Shown: positions 1-9,615 of the stretch, one piece after another
Numbering within the stretch: the stretch's first letter is position 1
How the letters are laid out: each line of letters opens with the position of its first letter
Origin: a candidate division WOR-3 bacterium
GTDB taxonomy: Bacteria; Hydrothermota; Hydrothermia; B15-G9; WFZT01
Direction: 5' to 3'
DNA length: 38,849 nt
Assembly (NCBI GenBank): GCA_026991055.1
Contig: JALXCE010000308.1
Location: 1 to 38,849 of the forward strand
Notes under the pieces: model-generated
Databases searched by the model: none
What the model saw: only the letters and a program-made list of their open reading frames with translations
Told to the model about the DNA's origin: nothing
Program-made: the position numbers and the translations under genes

Positions 1-32
1 GAAATCTGGGTTACTATATCATCTTTTGTCAT
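1..32 (-). CDS. 5' end of an unidentified CDS running off the left edge (MTKDDIVTQI...)
   Basis: On the minus strand the sequence GGGGGAATC-ATG lies 9 nt after the rplS stop. The frame stays open to position 1. Only 10 codons are visible, so no product call is possible. Confidence 0.3.
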   Translation of the reverse strand, partial: MTKDDIVTQI

Positions 33-41
33 GATTCCCCC

Positions 42-419
42 TTATCTCAGTTCTTTGATTCTTGCAGCTTTACCTCTTCTCTCTCTGATGTAGTAAATTC
101 TGGAGCGTCTAACCTTACCCCTTCTAATTACATCGATCTTTTCAATGATGGGTGAGTGAATCGGGAAAATCTTCTCAATGCCAATTCCCTGTGTGACTTT
201 CCTTACCGTAAATGTTTCCTGAAGCCCGCTTCCTCTCCTTCTGATCACCACACCTTCGAAAGGCTGTAGCCTGATTCTCTCTTCCACTTTCTTGGTCTTT
301 GGATTTTCCTTCATCTCTTTTATGCGGATATAAACTCTAACCGTATCTCCAGCTTTGAACTGCGGGATATCTTTCCTCATAAATTCCGACTCAATTTCCC
401 TTATTATGTGGTCCTTCAT
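42..419 (-). CDS. rplS: 50S ribosomal protein L19
   Basis: [10 protein letters not shown]...FKAGDTVRV...[14 protein letters not shown] is the typical L19 pattern. I place the start at the internal ATG at 419, which is preceded by AGGAGGTATTGGCTC. The upstream part of the ORF (420-488) overlaps the trmD tail. The gene sits in the conserved trmD-rplS position. Confidence 0.95.
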   Translation of the reverse strand: MKDHIIREIESEFMRKDIPQFKAGDTVRVYIRIKEMKENPKTKKVEERIRLQPFEGVVIRRRGSGLQETFTVRKVTQGIGIEKIFPIHSPIIEKIDVIRRGKVRRSRIYYIRERRGKAARIKELR

Positions 420-1152
420 GAGCCAATACCTCCTTAATAATTTCTTCCAACAACTTCTTTTCTTCGGGAGAGAGGTCAATATTTTCAAGCAAATCTGGTC
501 TTTTTAAAAGTGTTCTCTTTAAAGCCTCTCTTTTCCGCCATTTTTCAATAAGCTTATGGTTGCCAGAGAGCAGAACTTCTGGTACTTCCATCCCTTCAAA
601 CTCGCGTGGACGTGTGTAGTATGGAGCATCGAGGAGACTGGATTCAAATGAATCTGTGCGGGCGGAATCCATATCTCCCATGGCATCAGGTAGAAGCCGC
701 GAGAGCACGTCAAGCACCACAATCCCGGCTATCTCTCCTGCGGAGAGCACATAATCTCCTATGGACAGCTCGAGATCAACGTACTTTTCAACAATCCTCT
801 CGTCCACGCCCTTATACCTTCCACATATAAAGACTATATGCCTCTTTTCAATGAGCCTGTGAGCAAGCTCTTGAGTCAATCTAACGCCCTGGGGTGAAAA
901 ATATATTACATAACTACCACCCGTTTTTTCAATAGCCCTTTTGAGTGGCTCAGGTTTAAGCACCATGCCGGGTCCGCCGCCATAGGGGTAGTCGTCAATC
1001 TGCTTCGGAGAATTCGCTATCTTTTTTAGGTCAAACAACCGCACTTCGAGTGTCCCGGCCTCAATTACCTTTTTAAGAGGCCCTACTTCCAGGAAAGGTT
1101 TAATGAGCTCAGGAAATATGGCGATGAAGTCAAAAATCCACCTTTCACTCAT
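391..1152 (-). CDS. trmD: tRNA (guanine37-N1)-methyltransferase
   Basis: The motifs [22 protein letters not shown] and [12 protein letters not shown] are present. The gene lies in the conserved rimM-trmD-rplS order and overlaps the rimM stop by 8 nt. Confidence 0.95.
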   Translation of the reverse strand: MSERWIFDFIAIFPELIKPFLEVGPLKKVIEAGTLEVRLFDLKKIANSPKQIDDYPYGGGPGMVLKPEPLKRAIEKTGGSYVIYFSPQGVRLTQELAHRLIEKRHIVFICGRYKGVDERIVEKYVDLELSIGDYVLSAGEIAGIVVLDVLSRLLPDAMGDMDSARTDSFESSLLDAPYYTRPREFEGMEVPEVLLSGNHKLIEKWRKREALKRTLLKRPDLLENIDLSPEEKKLLEEIIKEVLAHEGPHNKGN

Positions 1153-1648
1153 TTGGTAGTTTCACCACAATTCGGCCGCTATCTTTATCAATGGATTTTA
1201 TGAACTCTTTCACAACAGGAATCATTATCTCTTTACCTTCTCTCGTGCGGATCACGAAAACCTCATGGGCCGGGGTGGTTTCTATGTACTCAAGCTTACC
1301 TATCAAAGAGCCAGATTCGTCAAAAACCTCAGCGTCTATAAGTTCAAAAAAGTAAAATTCCCCCTCTTCAGTAGGGGGTAGTTCATCTGCATCTACAAGG
1401 AGTTCAAGTCCTTTTAGCTGCTCAGCAAGTTCTTCAGAATCAATACCTACAAATTTGATAATAAGGGTATGCCCACCCGCAGGTTTGAAATACTCTATCT
1501 CAAGTTTTTTGTAACCGAGTTTTGGAAGTTGAACCCGAAGGGTTCTAAATTTTCGGAATTCCGGTATTTCAGAAACGAGTTTAATTTCACCCTTATAACC
1601 AAATGGTTTCCCAAATCTTCCAACAGTTATAGGGCCCCTGTATTTCAC
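1145..1648 (-). CDS. rimM: 16S rRNA processing protein RimM
   Basis: ITVGRFGKPFGYKGEIKL is the N-terminal RimM motif, and a PRC-barrel-like C-terminus follows. The start codon is GTG. The gene is in the conserved operon position. Confidence 0.9.
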   Translation of the reverse strand: MKYRGPITVGRFGKPFGYKGEIKLVSEIPEFRKFRTLRVQLPKLGYKKLEIEYFKPAGGHTLIIKFVGIDSEELAEQLKGLELLVDADELPPTEEGEFYFFELIDAEVFDESGSLIGKLEYIETTPAHEVFVIRTREGKEIMIPVVKEFIKSIDKDSGRIVVKLPNE

Positions 1649-1657
1649 TCAAGTTTA

Positions 1658-1897
1658 TTACTCGAGGATTTCGAGGACGGCCCTCTTGCCTTTTTTCATT
1701 GCTGCTGCTGAGATGATGGTCCTGATTGCCTTAGCTGTTTTGCCCTCTCTTCCGATGATTTTGCCAAGGTCACCCTCACCAACCTTCAGCTCGTAGATCA
1801 CAGTTTTCTCTCCAGGAATCTCTTTCACGGAAACTTCCTCAGGATGATCAACCAATGCTTTTGCTACATACTCGATAAGCTCTTTGAGGTCTCCCAT
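1658..1897 (-). CDS. KH-domain RNA-binding protein (YlqC/UPF0109 family)
   Basis: This 79-aa protein carries the [17 protein letters not shown] motif and sits between rpsP and rimM, as in many bacteria. An AGGAGGAG SD lies inside the rpsP tail. Confidence 0.85.
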   Translation of the reverse strand: MGDLKELIEYVAKALVDHPEEVSVKEIPGEKTVIYELKVGEGDLGKIIGREGKTAKAIRTIISAAAMKKGKRAVLEILE

Positions 1898-1900
1898 TGC

Positions 1901-2164
1901 TTACTCCTCCTTTTGTGTAGTGGTGGGCATACCCTTATTTGTTAATTTAACAATGCTCTTGACTCTCGGGGTCATCTGTGCCCCACGGGATAACCAAGCC
2001 TCTAACTTCTCCATATCCACCTTGAAGTTTCCATCCTTCAGGGGATCGTAATAACCAACAATATCAAGAACCTTTCCATCCCTGGGATTCCTTGAATCGG
2101 TAACCACTATTCTGTATGATGGCCTGTTTCTCTTGCCAGTTCTCTGCAGTCTAATCTTTACCAC
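1901..2164 (-). CDS. rpsP: 30S ribosomal protein S16
   Basis: (M)VKIRLQRTGKRNRPSYRIVV...GYYDP is the S16 pattern. The start codon is GTG, 6 nt after AGGAGG. Confidence 0.95.
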   Translation of the reverse strand: MVKIRLQRTGKRNRPSYRIVVTDSRNPRDGKVLDIVGYYDPLKDGNFKVDMEKLEAWLSRGAQMTPRVKSIVKLTNKGMPTTTQKEE

Positions 2165-2206
2165 ATCGAGCCTCCTTGTGAGTTTGGAGCTTATTATAAT
2201 TAGTTC

Positions 2207-2854
2207 TCATTGATTTTTCAAGTGAGATACAAGGGATTTTCGGTCTTTTGAACTGTAAAAATACTTGCCCGTTACGAGTACATCCACCCCCATCTCAATT
2301 AGCCTCTTTGCAATTTCCTCGTTTACCCCTCCGTCCACTGAAAGCTCAAACTTCAGTCCTTTGGATTTAATTTCTACGAGTTTCTCAATCTTTGGAATTA
2401 CTGAAGGAATGAATTTCTGACCGTAAAATCCGGGATTCACCCCCATCACAAGGATCAGGTCAAACTCCTCCATGTACGGATAAAGGACTCGTATGGGTGT
2501 GGATGGATTTAAAGAAACACCGACTTTCTTCCCGAGGTCTTTGATCATTTTTATAACAATCCTTGCTTTGCTTCGGGATTCGATATGAAAAGTTATAATA
2601 TCTGAGCCAGCTTCTGCAAATCTCTCCACATATTTATGCGGCTCAATCAGCATAAGATGAGTATCAAGGGGCAGGTCGGTTAACCTGTTTATAGCATCCA
2701 CCACAAGGGGACCAAAAGTGATATTTGGCACAAAAACCCCATCCATTACATCAAGATGGAGCATGTCTGCGCCAGCTTCTTCGGTGGATTTCAATTCTTC
2801 TTTTAATTTTGCAAAATCTCCAGCAATTATTGATGGTGAAATTTTTACACTCAT
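2207..2854 (-). CDS. rpe: Ribulose-phosphate 3-epimerase
   Basis: The motifs SPSIIAGDF, HLDVMDGVFVPNITFGP, VNPGFYGQKF and VDGGV are present. Its start forms an ATGA overlap with the upstream HD gene. Confidence 0.95.
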   Translation of the reverse strand: MSVKISPSIIAGDFAKLKEELKSTEEAGADMLHLDVMDGVFVPNITFGPLVVDAINRLTDLPLDTHLMLIEPHKYVERFAEAGSDIITFHIESRSKARIVIKMIKDLGKKVGVSLNPSTPIRVLYPYMEEFDLILVMGVNPGFYGQKFIPSVIPKIEKLVEIKSKGLKFELSVDGGVNEEIAKRLIEMGVDVLVTGKYFYSSKDRKSLVSHLKNQ

Positions 2855-3423
2855 ACTTTCTCCCTCATTTTTAAGATTTCCTCAAGAAACTCATCAATAT
2901 GCGGGAGTCGGTCAAAGTTTTTCCGGTTCTCCGCATCTTGAAATATTTTTTCCAGATTTTTTGCTCCTCTTTTCTCATAGTCGAGGGCCTGGAAAAGCAA
3001 CTCAAGTTTGTCTGCAATTTTGACAATTGATGCCTCAACAGAATCTCCGTTTTCAAATTCACGCCAGAGTTCAATAAGCTCTGGATAATTCTCAAGAATT
3101 TCGGAAACAGCCCGAGTCTCCACCCTGGAAAGGTATTCCATGCCTATTAGCCTTCGCGCATCCAGCTGAAGGTCGCCGAGACGGGATTCGCCAATCTCGT
3201 GGAGAACCGCCATTTTCATTACTTTTGCATCGTCCACTTCATACCCCTTCTTTTTGAAAAATTCTGCAAGAAGCATGGACAGAAATGCCACAGAAAAACT
3301 ATGGTCTGCTATGCTCTCAGGTGAGAATACGCCATAATAACACCAGCCTGAGCGTTTGAATCTCTTAAGTCTCACGACGTGCTCCATGATATTCCATATT
3401 TCTTTGATTTCGTCCATGGGCAT
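2851..3423 (-). CDS. HD-domain metal-dependent phosphohydrolase (YfbR/HD_3-like)
   Basis: The protein shows H...(33 aa)...HEIGESRLGD, which aligns with the YfbR motif HDASEVLTGD. I prefer the ATG at 3423, which is preceded by GAGAAGGA. The ORF track instead begins at a TTG at 3453. Confidence 0.75.
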   Translation of the reverse strand: MPMDEIKEIWNIMEHVVRLKRFKRSGWCYYGVFSPESIADHSFSVAFLSMLLAEFFKKKGYEVDDAKVMKMAVLHEIGESRLGDLQLDARRLIGMEYLSRVETRAVSEILENYPELIELWREFENGDSVEASIVKIADKLELLFQALDYEKRGAKNLEKIFQDAENRKNFDRLPHIDEFLEEILKMREKV

Positions 3424-3592
3424 TAGTTTAAATCCTTCTCGGGGTTTATTCAAAGTGACGGAAAATGTTAGTCACTCAAGCTACTCAAAGTTGAAAATTC
3501 ATTAGAAATTGAAACCCTACCCGTCAAAAATCAAAAGTAGTTAGAAAGCCCTATTACATCCTTCAGGAGGTTTTATATCTAATCTGGTTCTC

Positions 3593-4726
3593 TTACCCGT
3601 AAATTTCTTCGACAGTTTCCGGGGGGATATCAGAGAAGATATCAATACCCAGGCGTTTGAAGGCTGGGATATCACGATCCTCGATTTTGAGCTCTTCTGC
3701 CACTGGCTCCGCCGTCTCCACTTTCACCTTTTTTCGGGACTTTGTAACCCGATTGATCCCTGTGGCAATTACGGTAACTTCGATCTTTTCACCAAGCTCC
3801 TCGTCATAGGTAAGGCCAAAGAAATAGTTGGGCTCGTGGGCTCCATCTCGCGCCTGAGACTGGATAAATTTGTTTATGTCGTTGATCTCACTTGCGAAAA
3901 CCTTCTGGGAGGCCTTGATATTGACGAGTACAGCCTTTGCACCCTTAATGGAATATTCATCAAGAAGAGGACTTGAGATGGCGTTTTTAGCTGCATCGAG
4001 TGCCCTGTTCTCGCCCTCTCCTTCGCCGATTCCCATAATGGCATAGCCTCTTTCTGACATCACTGCTTTAATATCAGCAAAATCCAGATTTATCTTTCCC
4101 GGTTTCCATTTGAGCTCAAGGATTCCTTTCACTGCTTTATACAAAACCTGGTCTGCAAGCTCAAAGGCCTCTTCCATAGGGACGTCTGCAATTTCAAGAA
4201 TTTTGTCATTTGGAATGACGATCAAGGTGTCCACTTTTTCTTTCAATTCTTCGATACCCTTTTCGGCCTTTTCTATTCTGTACCTCCCCTCGAAACTGAA
4301 GGGCTTTGTAACTATGGCAACAGTGACAATCCCCATAGACCGGGCAATTTCGGCGGCTACCGGGATTCCACCTGTGCCGGTTCCACCACCCATTCCGGCT
4401 GTAAGAAAGACCATCTGGGCGCCCTGGAGAATTTTTTTGAGCTCATCAGCCGATTCCTCCATTGCACGACGGCCGATTTCAGGGTCACCGCCAGCTCCGA
4501 GCCCTTTGGTGAGCTGGGGACCGAGCTGGAGTACACGGAGGGCAAGTGAGTTGTCGAGCACCTGCTTGTCTGTATTTGCAGCGATAAGGTCGGCGCCTTT
4601 AAGACCCATTTTTACCATGTAATTTACCGCGTTGTTCCCACCACCTCCAATACCAATGACCTTAATAATGGAGCTCTTGTTAAACTCATCGTCTGAAAGC
4701 GTTATTTTAATTTTTTTCTTCTCCAT
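3593..4726 (-). CDS. ftsZ: Cell division GTPase FtsZ
   Basis: GIGGGGNNAVNYM and the tubulin signature GMGGGTGTGG are present. I place the start at ATG 4726 (MEKKKIKI...), 1 nt after the ftsA stop. The longer ORF to 4855 overlaps ftsA and has no FtsZ-like sequence. Confidence 0.95.
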   Translation of the reverse strand: MEKKKIKITLSDDEFNKSSIIKVIGIGGGGNNAVNYMVKMGLKGADLIAANTDKQVLDNSLALRVLQLGPQLTKGLGAGGDPEIGRRAMEESADELKKILQGAQMVFLTAGMGGGTGTGGIPVAAEIARSMGIVTVAIVTKPFSFEGRYRIEKAEKGIEELKEKVDTLIVIPNDKILEIADVPMEEAFELADQVLYKAVKGILELKWKPGKINLDFADIKAVMSERGYAIMGIGEGEGENRALDAAKNAISSPLLDEYSIKGAKAVLVNIKASQKVFASEINDINKFIQSQARDGAHEPNYFFGLTYDEELGEKIEVTVIATGINRVTKSRKKVKVETAEPVAEELKIEDRDIPAFKRLGIDIFSDIPPETVEEIYG

Positions 4727-4727
4727 T

Positions 4728-5996
4728 TCAGCCCTCCCTGTCAATGAATTCTTTAACCTTACGAAGTTTCCCGAAAAGTTTCTTAAATCCTTCCTTCCCC
4801 TCGGATTTTTTATCCGGTGAAATAAAACCGCCGGTCGTAAGCTTGTTTTCGACAATTAGTTTAATGGTACCGAGTGTGGAGGCAAAGGATGGAGACTGAA
4901 AATCTGGAGGAACATTGGTAAATCCACTGATTTCTCCAGTTGCCACAGAAGCTTTCAAGACACTGTGGGCGAGCTTTTCGATTCCTTCTATGCTCGATGA
5001 GCCCCCAACGAGGGTTACGTTTACGGGAATGGTGTTGTTGTCCCGGTAAGCACTCAGGATATTATTAACATGATAAAAAATCTCGTAGAGCCTTGCGTAG
5101 ATTATCCTTGCAAGTACCCTCCTCGGGAGCTGGACCGCACGCCCGTTTTTTAGCCCTGAAACTGTAATAATATCATCTTCCTGCACGAGGTCTTCGCGGG
5201 CCACGCCCTGTGTGAGCTTGAGCTGATCCGCAGTTTCGTAGTTCCTGAGATTGAGTCCAATCATAATGTCTTTGGTAATGTGCATCCCGGCGATGGGAAG
5301 CGAGGATGCGTGAACAAGGTCGCCGGATTTCCAGATGGCTACGTCCGTGGTGTTATGTCCAATATCAATGACAACTGAGAGTCCATACTCCATTTCGCTT
5401 CTTGACATAACCGCATATCCTGCAGAGATGGGCTGAAAAACAACGCCAACTGTTGCAACCCCGAGTTCAGCGAGCGCAGAGTTGATATTGTCAATCTTGC
5501 TCGATTCTGCATAGACCACGTATGACTGCATTTCCAGCTTTCTACCCTTCAAATTGAGTGGCCGGCGCGTGGAGCTTGTTTCATCTATAGTGAATCTATT
5601 GGGATGGACAGAAATTACCTCGTAATCCTGGGAAATGGGAATGGATTTTGAAGACTCCACTATTCTGGCAATATCATCAGGAGAGATTGTGTGCATGTCA
5701 CTTTTGAAGGCTCGTGGAACTGAGTGTGAAGTCCCTTTTATGTATGAACCTGTCAGCGCGACATAGAAAGCTTCATTTTTGAATTCCTGGCCATTTCTCA
5801 TTTTATCAAGGGTCTCTATCACTGACCTTTTGAACTTTTCCTTGTCGTTGACGTAGCCTTCCCTTATCCCTTCACTTTTGGAATAGCCATAGTTAGTTAT
5901 GCGAATTGTGTTGGGTTCACCTCTTTCGTGAGATTCGACTATTGCCGAAACTCCAGAGATATAGTAAGAGCCGATGTTAATAACATTAATTCTCAT
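4728..5996 (-). CDS. ftsA: Cell division protein FtsA (actin-like ATPase)
   Basis: The motifs DIGHNTTDVAIW and LVGGSSSIEGI are present. The gene lies immediately upstream of ftsZ and forms an ATGA overlap with the upstream gene. Confidence 0.9.
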   Translation of the reverse strand: MRINVINIGSYYISGVSAIVESHERGEPNTIRITNYGYSKSEGIREGYVNDKEKFKRSVIETLDKMRNGQEFKNEAFYVALTGSYIKGTSHSVPRAFKSDMHTISPDDIARIVESSKSIPISQDYEVISVHPNRFTIDETSSTRRPLNLKGRKLEMQSYVVYAESSKIDNINSALAELGVATVGVVFQPISAGYAVMSRSEMEYGLSVVIDIGHNTTDVAIWKSGDLVHASSLPIAGMHITKDIMIGLNLRNYETADQLKLTQGVAREDLVQEDDIITVSGLKNGRAVQLPRRVLARIIYARLYEIFYHVNNILSAYRDNNTIPVNVTLVGGSSSIEGIEKLAHSVLKASVATGEISGFTNVPPDFQSPSFASTLGTIKLIVENKLTTGGFISPDKKSEGKEGFKKLFGKLRKVKEFIDREG

Positions 5997-6331
5997 TTTT
6001 CCCTCCCGTTTTTCACGGCAACGTAGCCCGGAACACTAAAATCTATGACTTTGATGTTTTTACCTTTCTTCAGGATTTTCTTTGCCGCCTGCAGTTTTTC
6101 CCTGAGGCCTCCATGCCCGAGGATGATTTCGCAGCCATTTTTTAAAATAAGCCTGTCACCTTTGTATTCTTTAACCTGTTTTGCAATTTCAGGAGCATAC
6201 ATTTCCACTCTTTGAGGTAGTCCCATCTTGTGTTGCAGCAAATAACGATTGTTTGCCCTTTTTATCTTCGGGGCAATTACAAGAAATCCCACAATGAGGA
6301 TTGGCGCCAAAATAATACTTAAAACTCTCAT
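5993..6331 (-). CDS. Miniature FtsQ/DivIB-like membrane protein (112 aa)
   Basis: The protein has an N-terminal TM helix (LSIILAPILIVGFLVIAP). Its C-terminal region, ILKNGCEIILGHGG..KLQAAKKIL....KVIDFSVPGYVAV, resembles the last strands of the FtsQ beta domain. It occupies the murB-ftsA slot, where ftsQ normally sits. Confidence 0.55.
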   Translation of the reverse strand: MRVLSIILAPILIVGFLVIAPKIKRANNRYLLQHKMGLPQRVEMYAPEIAKQVKEYKGDRLILKNGCEIILGHGGLREKLQAAKKILKKGKNIKVIDFSVPGYVAVKNGREK

Positions 6332-7185
6332 TTTATAATGACTACCTCCTCTTCAAGTTTTATACCAAATTTTTCAAAAACCCTTCTTTTCCCCTCGTCT
6401 ATCAGGCTAAAAATATCCTCTGCCGAGGCATTATCTACATTCACGATAAAATTGGCATGAATATCAGAAAACATCGCTCCACCTATTCTAAATCCTTTCA
6501 ATCTGGCCCTATCGAGCAGATATCCTGCAGAAAGGTCCGGCTCGGGATTTTTAAAAATACAACCTGAGGTTTTCCCTCTGGGTTGTGTTAGATTCCTCTT
6601 TTTTATGATTTCTTTCATTTGTTGCTGAATCTTGTCCGGATCGCCCTCGCTGAGGGAGAAGGAAGCCTCAATTAGAATGCCATCAAAACTCGACTCACGA
6701 TACGATAGGCCAAGTTCACTACGACCAAGAGTCTCGATGTTCCCCTCTGAATTCATTATCCTTGTGCCTGTAATTAAATCTTTGACTTCCACGCCGTAAG
6801 CTCCGGCGTTCTTTGAAACTGCGCCTCCAATTGTGCCCGGAATGCCAAAAAGATTCTCGAGCCCCGAGAGGCCGCGTATGGCGCATTCCCTGATCAATTT
6901 ATTTAAGTTCACCCCGGCCTGGGCCGAAACACCGGTATCTTCAAACTCAAAATTCCGGAACTTCCCCATGTTTATTACGAGAAGTGGAAATTCCTTATCA
7001 TCAAAAATAACATCTGAGCCACCGCCGAGGACGAAATACGGGATTTCCTTATCAAACGCCCATTTAATTAGATAGGATAGTTCCTCGATGGACTCAGGCT
7101 CAGCGTAGTATTTTACTGTACCTCCCACACCCATGGTTGTGAATCTTGCAATATGAATATTTTCAGAAATCAGGTCTCTACGCAT
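6328..7185 (-). CDS. murB: UDP-N-acetylenolpyruvoylglucosamine reductase
   Basis: The N-terminus looks FAD-binding (VGGTVKYY, VLGGGSDVIF). SGCIFKNP and the C-terminal MurB domain pattern are present. The gene is in the dcw position. Confidence 0.9.
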   Translation of the reverse strand: MRRDLISENIHIARFTTMGVGGTVKYYAEPESIEELSYLIKWAFDKEIPYFVLGGGSDVIFDDKEFPLLVINMGKFRNFEFEDTGVSAQAGVNLNKLIRECAIRGLSGLENLFGIPGTIGGAVSKNAGAYGVEVKDLITGTRIMNSEGNIETLGRSELGLSYRESSFDGILIEASFSLSEGDPDKIQQQMKEIIKKRNLTQPRGKTSGCIFKNPEPDLSAGYLLDRARLKGFRIGGAMFSDIHANFIVNVDNASAEDIFSLIDEGKRRVFEKFGIKLEEEVVIIK

Positions 7186-8557
7186 TCTTGAGCTCTTCTA
7201 AAAGGTCAACGCCGATTTTCCATACATCACCAGCACCAAGGGTGAGAACCAGATCACCTTCTCTTAGCTGGTCGAGTAAAAACTTCTTGATTTCATTCCA
7301 ATCTTCCATGAGATAAACGGCCTTGTGGCCGGAATTTTTGACTTCGTTGTAAATGAGGGATGCATCCACTCCAGGAATCGGCTCCTCACCCGCCGGGTAG
7401 AGTTTTGTAATGATCACGATATCGGCCTCGTGGAAGACTTTCCCGAATTCATGGTGAAGCAGTTTCGTCCGTGAGTACCTGTGCGGCTGAAAGATCACAA
7501 TGATCCGCCCATGCCAGAACCTTCCGAGAGTTTCAAGAACAGCATCAATTTCAGACGGGTGATGCCCGTAATCGTCCATGAATGTGACACCTTTTGCCTC
7601 CCCTTTGATCTCCATTCTCCGCATAACACCTGAGAATTCGGCAAGAGCATCCCTAATTACCTCAGGGGCAATATCCATTTCAAAACCTACGGCAAATGCA
7701 GCAAGGGCATTTTTAACATTATGAATGCCGGGAATTTTAAGACTTGCCTCAATTACTTCCTCATCGCCTTTAAAAACTTTAAAAGTTGACCCGGTGCCTT
7801 TGAGAATTATATCCCTTGCGTTGATTTCGGCCTGCCTCTTGAGGCCGTATGTAATCAAACGTTTCTTAATCTCGGGCAGAATGTCCTGATTATTCGGATC
7901 GTCGAGGTTAACAATGGCAGCACCATAAAAGGGAACACTATTGGCAAATTTGACAAAAGCTTGCTTTAGATTTTCAAAATCACCGTAGGTGTCGAGGTGC
8001 TCTTTGTCAATATTGGTGATGATGGCCAGGGTAGGGTAGAGCATAAGGAAAGAACCGTCCGACTCATCTGCCTCTGCAACGAGGAATTCACTCTGGCCCA
8101 ATTTAGCGCCTGAGCCGAGCCCTTTTAGTCTGCCACCTACAACAAGGGTCGGGTCAAGCCCCGCCTTTTCGAGCACGGCACCTATCATCGAAGTGGTCGT
8201 GGTCTTACCGTGAGAGCCTGAGACGGCGATGGAGTATTTTATTCTCATCAACTCAGCGAGCATCTCTGCACGTCTGATGACCGGGATGCCCTTTTCCAGT
8301 GCTGCGACTACCTCTGGATTGGTTTTCGGTATAGCAGTTGAAATTACGAGAATCTGGGCGCTATTGATGTTTTCCGGTTTATGCCCATAGTAAACACGTA
8401 TGCCCATCTTTTCGAGTCTCTCGGTAACCTCAGTCTTTTTAAGATCAGAACCTGTGATAACAAATCCGAGGTTGTGGAGTACCTCGGCAATTCCACTCAT
8501 TCCAGTGCCGCCAATTCCCACCATATGAATCTTCTGAAATTTTCTTCTGAAAATCAA
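7178..8557 (-). CDS. murC: UDP-N-acetylmuramate--L-alanine ligase
   Basis: The motifs HMVGIGGTGMSGIAEVL and SGSHGKTTTTSM are present. The start codon is TTG, 6 nt after GGAGGA, and forms a TTGA overlap with the murG stop. Confidence 0.95.
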   Translation of the reverse strand: MIFRRKFQKIHMVGIGGTGMSGIAEVLHNLGFVITGSDLKKTEVTERLEKMGIRVYYGHKPENINSAQILVISTAIPKTNPEVVAALEKGIPVIRRAEMLAELMRIKYSIAVSGSHGKTTTTSMIGAVLEKAGLDPTLVVGGRLKGLGSGAKLGQSEFLVAEADESDGSFLMLYPTLAIITNIDKEHLDTYGDFENLKQAFVKFANSVPFYGAAIVNLDDPNNQDILPEIKKRLITYGLKRQAEINARDIILKGTGSTFKVFKGDEEVIEASLKIPGIHNVKNALAAFAVGFEMDIAPEVIRDALAEFSGVMRRMEIKGEAKGVTFMDDYGHHPSEIDAVLETLGRFWHGRIIVIFQPHRYSRTKLLHHEFGKVFHEADIVIITKLYPAGEEPIPGVDASLIYNEVKNSGHKAVYLMEDWNEIKKFLLDQLREGDLVLTLGAGDVWKIGVDLLEELKNA

Positions 8558-9615
8558 TTTCTATCCTCCAGAATGGTTTGTAAAATTTTCTTTTCAGGAT
8601 TTGCGGGGGCAAAATTCTTTTGAGCATTGACCATTTCGTTTCTTAGTTCATCCTCTTCGAGGAGTCTTGCAATTTCTCTTGCGAGCTCACGTGGAGTTAA
8701 AGTGCTTTCCCTGAGCATGAGGGCGGCGCCCCTTCGTACGAGGGAGCGTGCATTCTCTATCTGATGACCGCGTGCAATCTCAAGGGGAACAAGTATCAGG
8801 GGAATGCCAAAACTCATAACCTCAAAAATGGTTCCCGCTCCGGCCCTCGATACAACCACATCTGCCAGGGAAAACATAAGTCCCATATCGTTCATAAACG
8901 CTTCCACTTTGTAGTTATCTCCAACAAGTCCAATTTTCTCAAAGTATTCAAGGTTTCTTTCACCACATTGAATAAAGAAAAACACGTCCTTAAGGATTTT
9001 CGATGCCTCTATCGCCTTCTCTGCGAGGCTCCGGGCACCCTGGGAGCCTCCAACAGCGAGCACTACTTTCTGATTTTCCGGGATACCCACAAATTTTTTG
9101 GGATTTTCGTACCTTTTTAATTTTCTCACCGGATTACCGGTAAAAATCACCCGTGCATTATCAAGATAGTCACGGGTCTCTGGAAATGAGGTAAAAACGG
9201 CTTTTGCACTGCTGGCAAACATTTTTACTGTAGCTCCAGGTACCACATTCTGCTCCATCAGATAGAAATCCATGCCGGTGAGTTTTGCAGCAATAAGTGG
9301 AGGCACGGATGGATAAGCGCCTGTGGCTATCATAACACCATCATTTTTGTATCTAAGCATCATAGGCATACTTTTAAGGGTTCCGGCAAAAATTTTCAAC
9401 GAGTTTATTGCCAGATATGATTTTTTGCCGATTATAGGCGCACTTGGAATCCTGTGGATTTCGAAACCGTATAAATCTAAGTCTATTCGGGGATTAGATA
9501 TAATGAGCGTCACTTGAAAGTCACTTTTTTGTAAAAAATTTGCCACAACTATTGCCGGAAAGATGTGGCCGCCTGTGGCTCCTGTTGCGATTAACACGTG
9601 TTTAAGCTTTTTCAT
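8554..9615 (-). CDS. murG: Undecaprenyl-PP-MurNAc-pentapeptide-UDP-GlcNAc GlcNAc transferase
   Basis: The motifs ATGGHIFPAIVVA and VGGSQGARSL are present, along with a GT28 C-terminal pattern. The gene is in the dcw position. Confidence 0.95.
   Translation of the reverse strand: MKKLKHVLIATGATGGHIFPAIVVANFLQKSDFQVTLIISNPRIDLDLYGFEIHRIPSAPIIGKKSYLAINSLKIFAGTLKSMPMMLRYKNDGVMIATGAYPSVPPLIAAKLTGMDFYLMEQNVVPGATVKMFASSAKAVFTSFPETRDYLDNARVIFTGNPVRKLKRYENPKKFVGIPENQKVVLAVGGSQGARSLAEKAIEASKILKDVFFFIQCGERNLEYFEKIGLVGDNYKVEAFMNDMGLMFSLADVVVSRAGAGTIFEVMSFGIPLILVPLEIARGHQIENARSLVRRGAALMLRESTLTPRELAREIARLLEEDELRNEMVNAQKNFAPANPEKKILQTILEDRN

Noticed and set aside
420-488. N-terminal extensions suggested by the ORF track for rplS (to 488), ftsZ (to 4855), ftsW (to 10873), the outer-membrane protein (from 37011), the GT2 (from 34776), the HD protein (to 3453) and the EndoIII-like gene (from 19321).
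   Set aside because: The extensions overlap the preceding gene or lack an SD. Internal ATGs sit at proper distance from AGGAGG/GGAGG-type sites, and the shorter proteins begin where the homologous families begin.
4110-4622. A 170-aa plus-strand ORF inside ftsZ. Similar long antisense ORFs occur at 18318-18776 and 18941-19318 (antisense to rsmH and mraZ), 22167-22622 (ade), 27369-27803 (kinase), 33615-34145 (rfbB/rfbD) and 35540-36016 (GT2/glgA).
   Set aside because: Each lies entirely antisense to a gene with unmistakable conserved motifs. Most (not 35540-36016) have the S/P/L/F-rich, low-complexity composition typical of shadow frames of K/E-rich genes. None has an SD or a recognisable motif.
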